Below the pieces are notes generated by a model. It did no database searches and was not told where the DNA came from. It was given only the letters and a program-made list of their open reading frames with translations. A program made the position numbers and the translations under genes. Of a stretch of DNA of 64,000 bases, positions 62,064-64,000 are shown one piece after another. The stretch comes from Octopus vulgaris (taxonomy: Eukaryota): the NCBI GenBank assembly GCA_951406725.2, contig OX597833.1:47120001-47184000 (forward strand), in the 5' to 3' direction. Numbering within the stretch: the first letter of the stretch is position 1; each line of letters starts with the position of its first letter.

Positions 62064-62656
62064 GAAAAAGAAATAGAAAAAGAAATAGAAAGAGAGGGAG
62101 GGAATATCACGTCTGCATACGTACGCAATGTCCCTGACTCTCCCTCTTTTCCTCCGTCACACATCGACAAACAAATATTACGTATGAGAGTTTGTGTAAT
62201 CTCACTAACTTCGACACTGATTGAGTTATGTGTTTTGATCGTCTTCCTAACCTTAACCTCCTCTTGACTGCATTAATAGCGTTGATGATATTTTAAAAAG
62301 ATGCAAACGTACTTTCTCTCAGAGGACCTTTCTACTTCTCATCTTTCAAATGCGTTAGGTGTTTGGTTACACGCTACCACTTTCGCAGCTCATTCTCTCT
62401 TCATCTGTTCATTCTACTAATTCGTAGACGTGAAAAACCTTTTGTTGTTGGAGTAAGAGACGTTTCTCTTGCTGGTGGTTGTCTGCGCATGATCGATATC
62501 GTGTTACACAATAGGTATCACACACGCTACATGAATGATTTTACGCCAGACACCGAATTCACGTGCAGACACGGGTGCCTTTACCTAGTCGCGTCATATG
62601 GCAAAAATAAACACCCAAATCTCATTCAAATAGCTATCACTTTTAAAAGTGGCCTT

Positions 62657-63068
62657 GGATCTTTTCGGTTTGAACGGCAGTTTTTAACATAATTTCTAGG
62701 TAACTAAAAAAATTTAAACTTCGTATACTGGTAGAATGTGTTTATAAAACATCTTTTTCTCTTGGCTTTATTGAGAAAATTCTATAGTTTGTAAGATATT
62801 TCTTGTTTTTTTCTTCAATTTCTGCAATTTCAACCAATCACTGACGTCTATTGAGGTAAACAAAAAAACATTCTATGCCGTATGAATATGTCCCTCGTTT
62901 AAGAAACAGATTGGGTTTATTTACATTTGTGAAGAAAAGAAGATACCCTTCCCCCACCCTAACCCTAAAACAGATTGAAATGCAATAGATCGATACTAGG
63001 ATCATAATTATGGGTGACAATTTCATATGACACCGCTAGAAAAACTGCCGTTCAAACCGAAAAGAACC
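62657..63068 (+). mobile_element. Merlin-type MITE, copy 3
   Basis: Same TIRs; TSD GTGGCCTT/CTGGCCTT. Confidence 0.88.
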
Positions 63069-64000
63069 CTGGCCTTTCCTACATGATCCCCGAAAATGTG
63101 ATGAGTTGGTCGTGGCTAGAATGTCTTTGATCAAAGGCCCAAGCCGATGAGGGCTGCCATGAGTTTAGACGACACCAACAACAAGAATATCAAAAACTAA
63201 ATTCATTGATAAATCTGGTGAAAACTCATGTTATATTTGTACCTAAGAGGCGTACTCACGGTTTGTAAGTGCAGGTATGAGAAACTCGCTTTAGAACCGC
63301 ATGGTTTCAAGTTCAGTTCCTCTGCGCGGCATCTTGGGCTAGTGTCTTCTGCCATAGTCCTGGGTCGACCAATGCCTTGTGAGTAAATTTGCTTGTCGGA
63401 AACTGTCTGGAAGCCCAGTGTGTGTGTGTTTTGAGTATTTGTACATCCTATCACTTGACAATCGTTGTTGGTTTGTTTATGTCCCTTTAACTTGGCAATT
63501 CTGCAGAAGACCATAGAATAACTACCAGACTTAAAATAAGTACTGGTGTTGATTTGTTCAACTACAGTCCTTCAAAGCGTTGCTCTAACATGGTTGCAGT
63601 CCAATGAGTGAAACAAGTAATAGATACTGCTATCAGCCACAGCAACGCAACGCTTGTAAAAACCTCGAAAGCCACGACTTGACTGATTTTTTTTAGTATT
63701 AAATGGGGGAAGAGATAAATCTTGTTTTGATTGGGGGAAGGGAAAGTCTGCTGTCAAATAGCTTTACCTGAAGATGTGGGAAGTCGGTTCGTCTAATTTG
63801 GAGGTTCTTAACCCGGACGGAATTGCAGCGAGCAGGCAGAAATGTTAGAACGCCAGGTGAAATGCCTAGTGGGTATTTCGTCCGCCTTTACGTTCTGAGT
63901 TCAAATTCCTCAGAGGCTGGCTTTGCCTTTCATTCGTTGAGGGCGACTTTGCCTTTCACTTTTTCGGGGTCGATAAGATAAGTACCAGTTAGGTAATGAG

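Noticed and set aside
62363-62692. 109-aa ORF as a gene
   Set aside because: Non-ATG start, runs into a MITE and has no recognisable homology; kept only as a weak candidate DnaJ downstream exon.

Overview
AT-rich, repeat-dense eukaryotic (animal) DNA. The SINE and microsatellite repertoire suggests a cephalopod (octopus), but this is inference. Two host genes are supported. DPAGT1/ALG7 has seven + strand coding exons (1297-20095; exon 1 lies upstream of the window) that splice in frame to the stop codon. A J-domain (DnaJ/Hsp40) protein has one large coding exon at 46148-46812 carrying an in-frame 84-bp duplication. The rest is mostly transposon debris: several tRNA-derived SINE families; L1/Tx1, CR1, RTE and R4/Dong retrotransposon fragments; mariner and DD37D remnants; Merlin-, piggyBac- and Tc1/pogo-type MITEs; Helitron-like elements; a solo LTR; and long microsatellites that generate most of the spurious ORFs in the track. 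The most striking unannotated signal is a set of at least four unrelated non-coding elements carrying type I hammerhead-ribozyme folds, mostly in Penelope-style inverted or tandem arrangements. They include a tRNA-headed SINE ending in a minimal hammerhead (55969-56670) and a 120-bp palindrome with a hammerhead on each strand (59090-59209). Most lie next to a decayed Penelope-like reverse transcriptase (about 60330-61935), suggesting a retrozyme-like system. All alignments and folds were done by eye.
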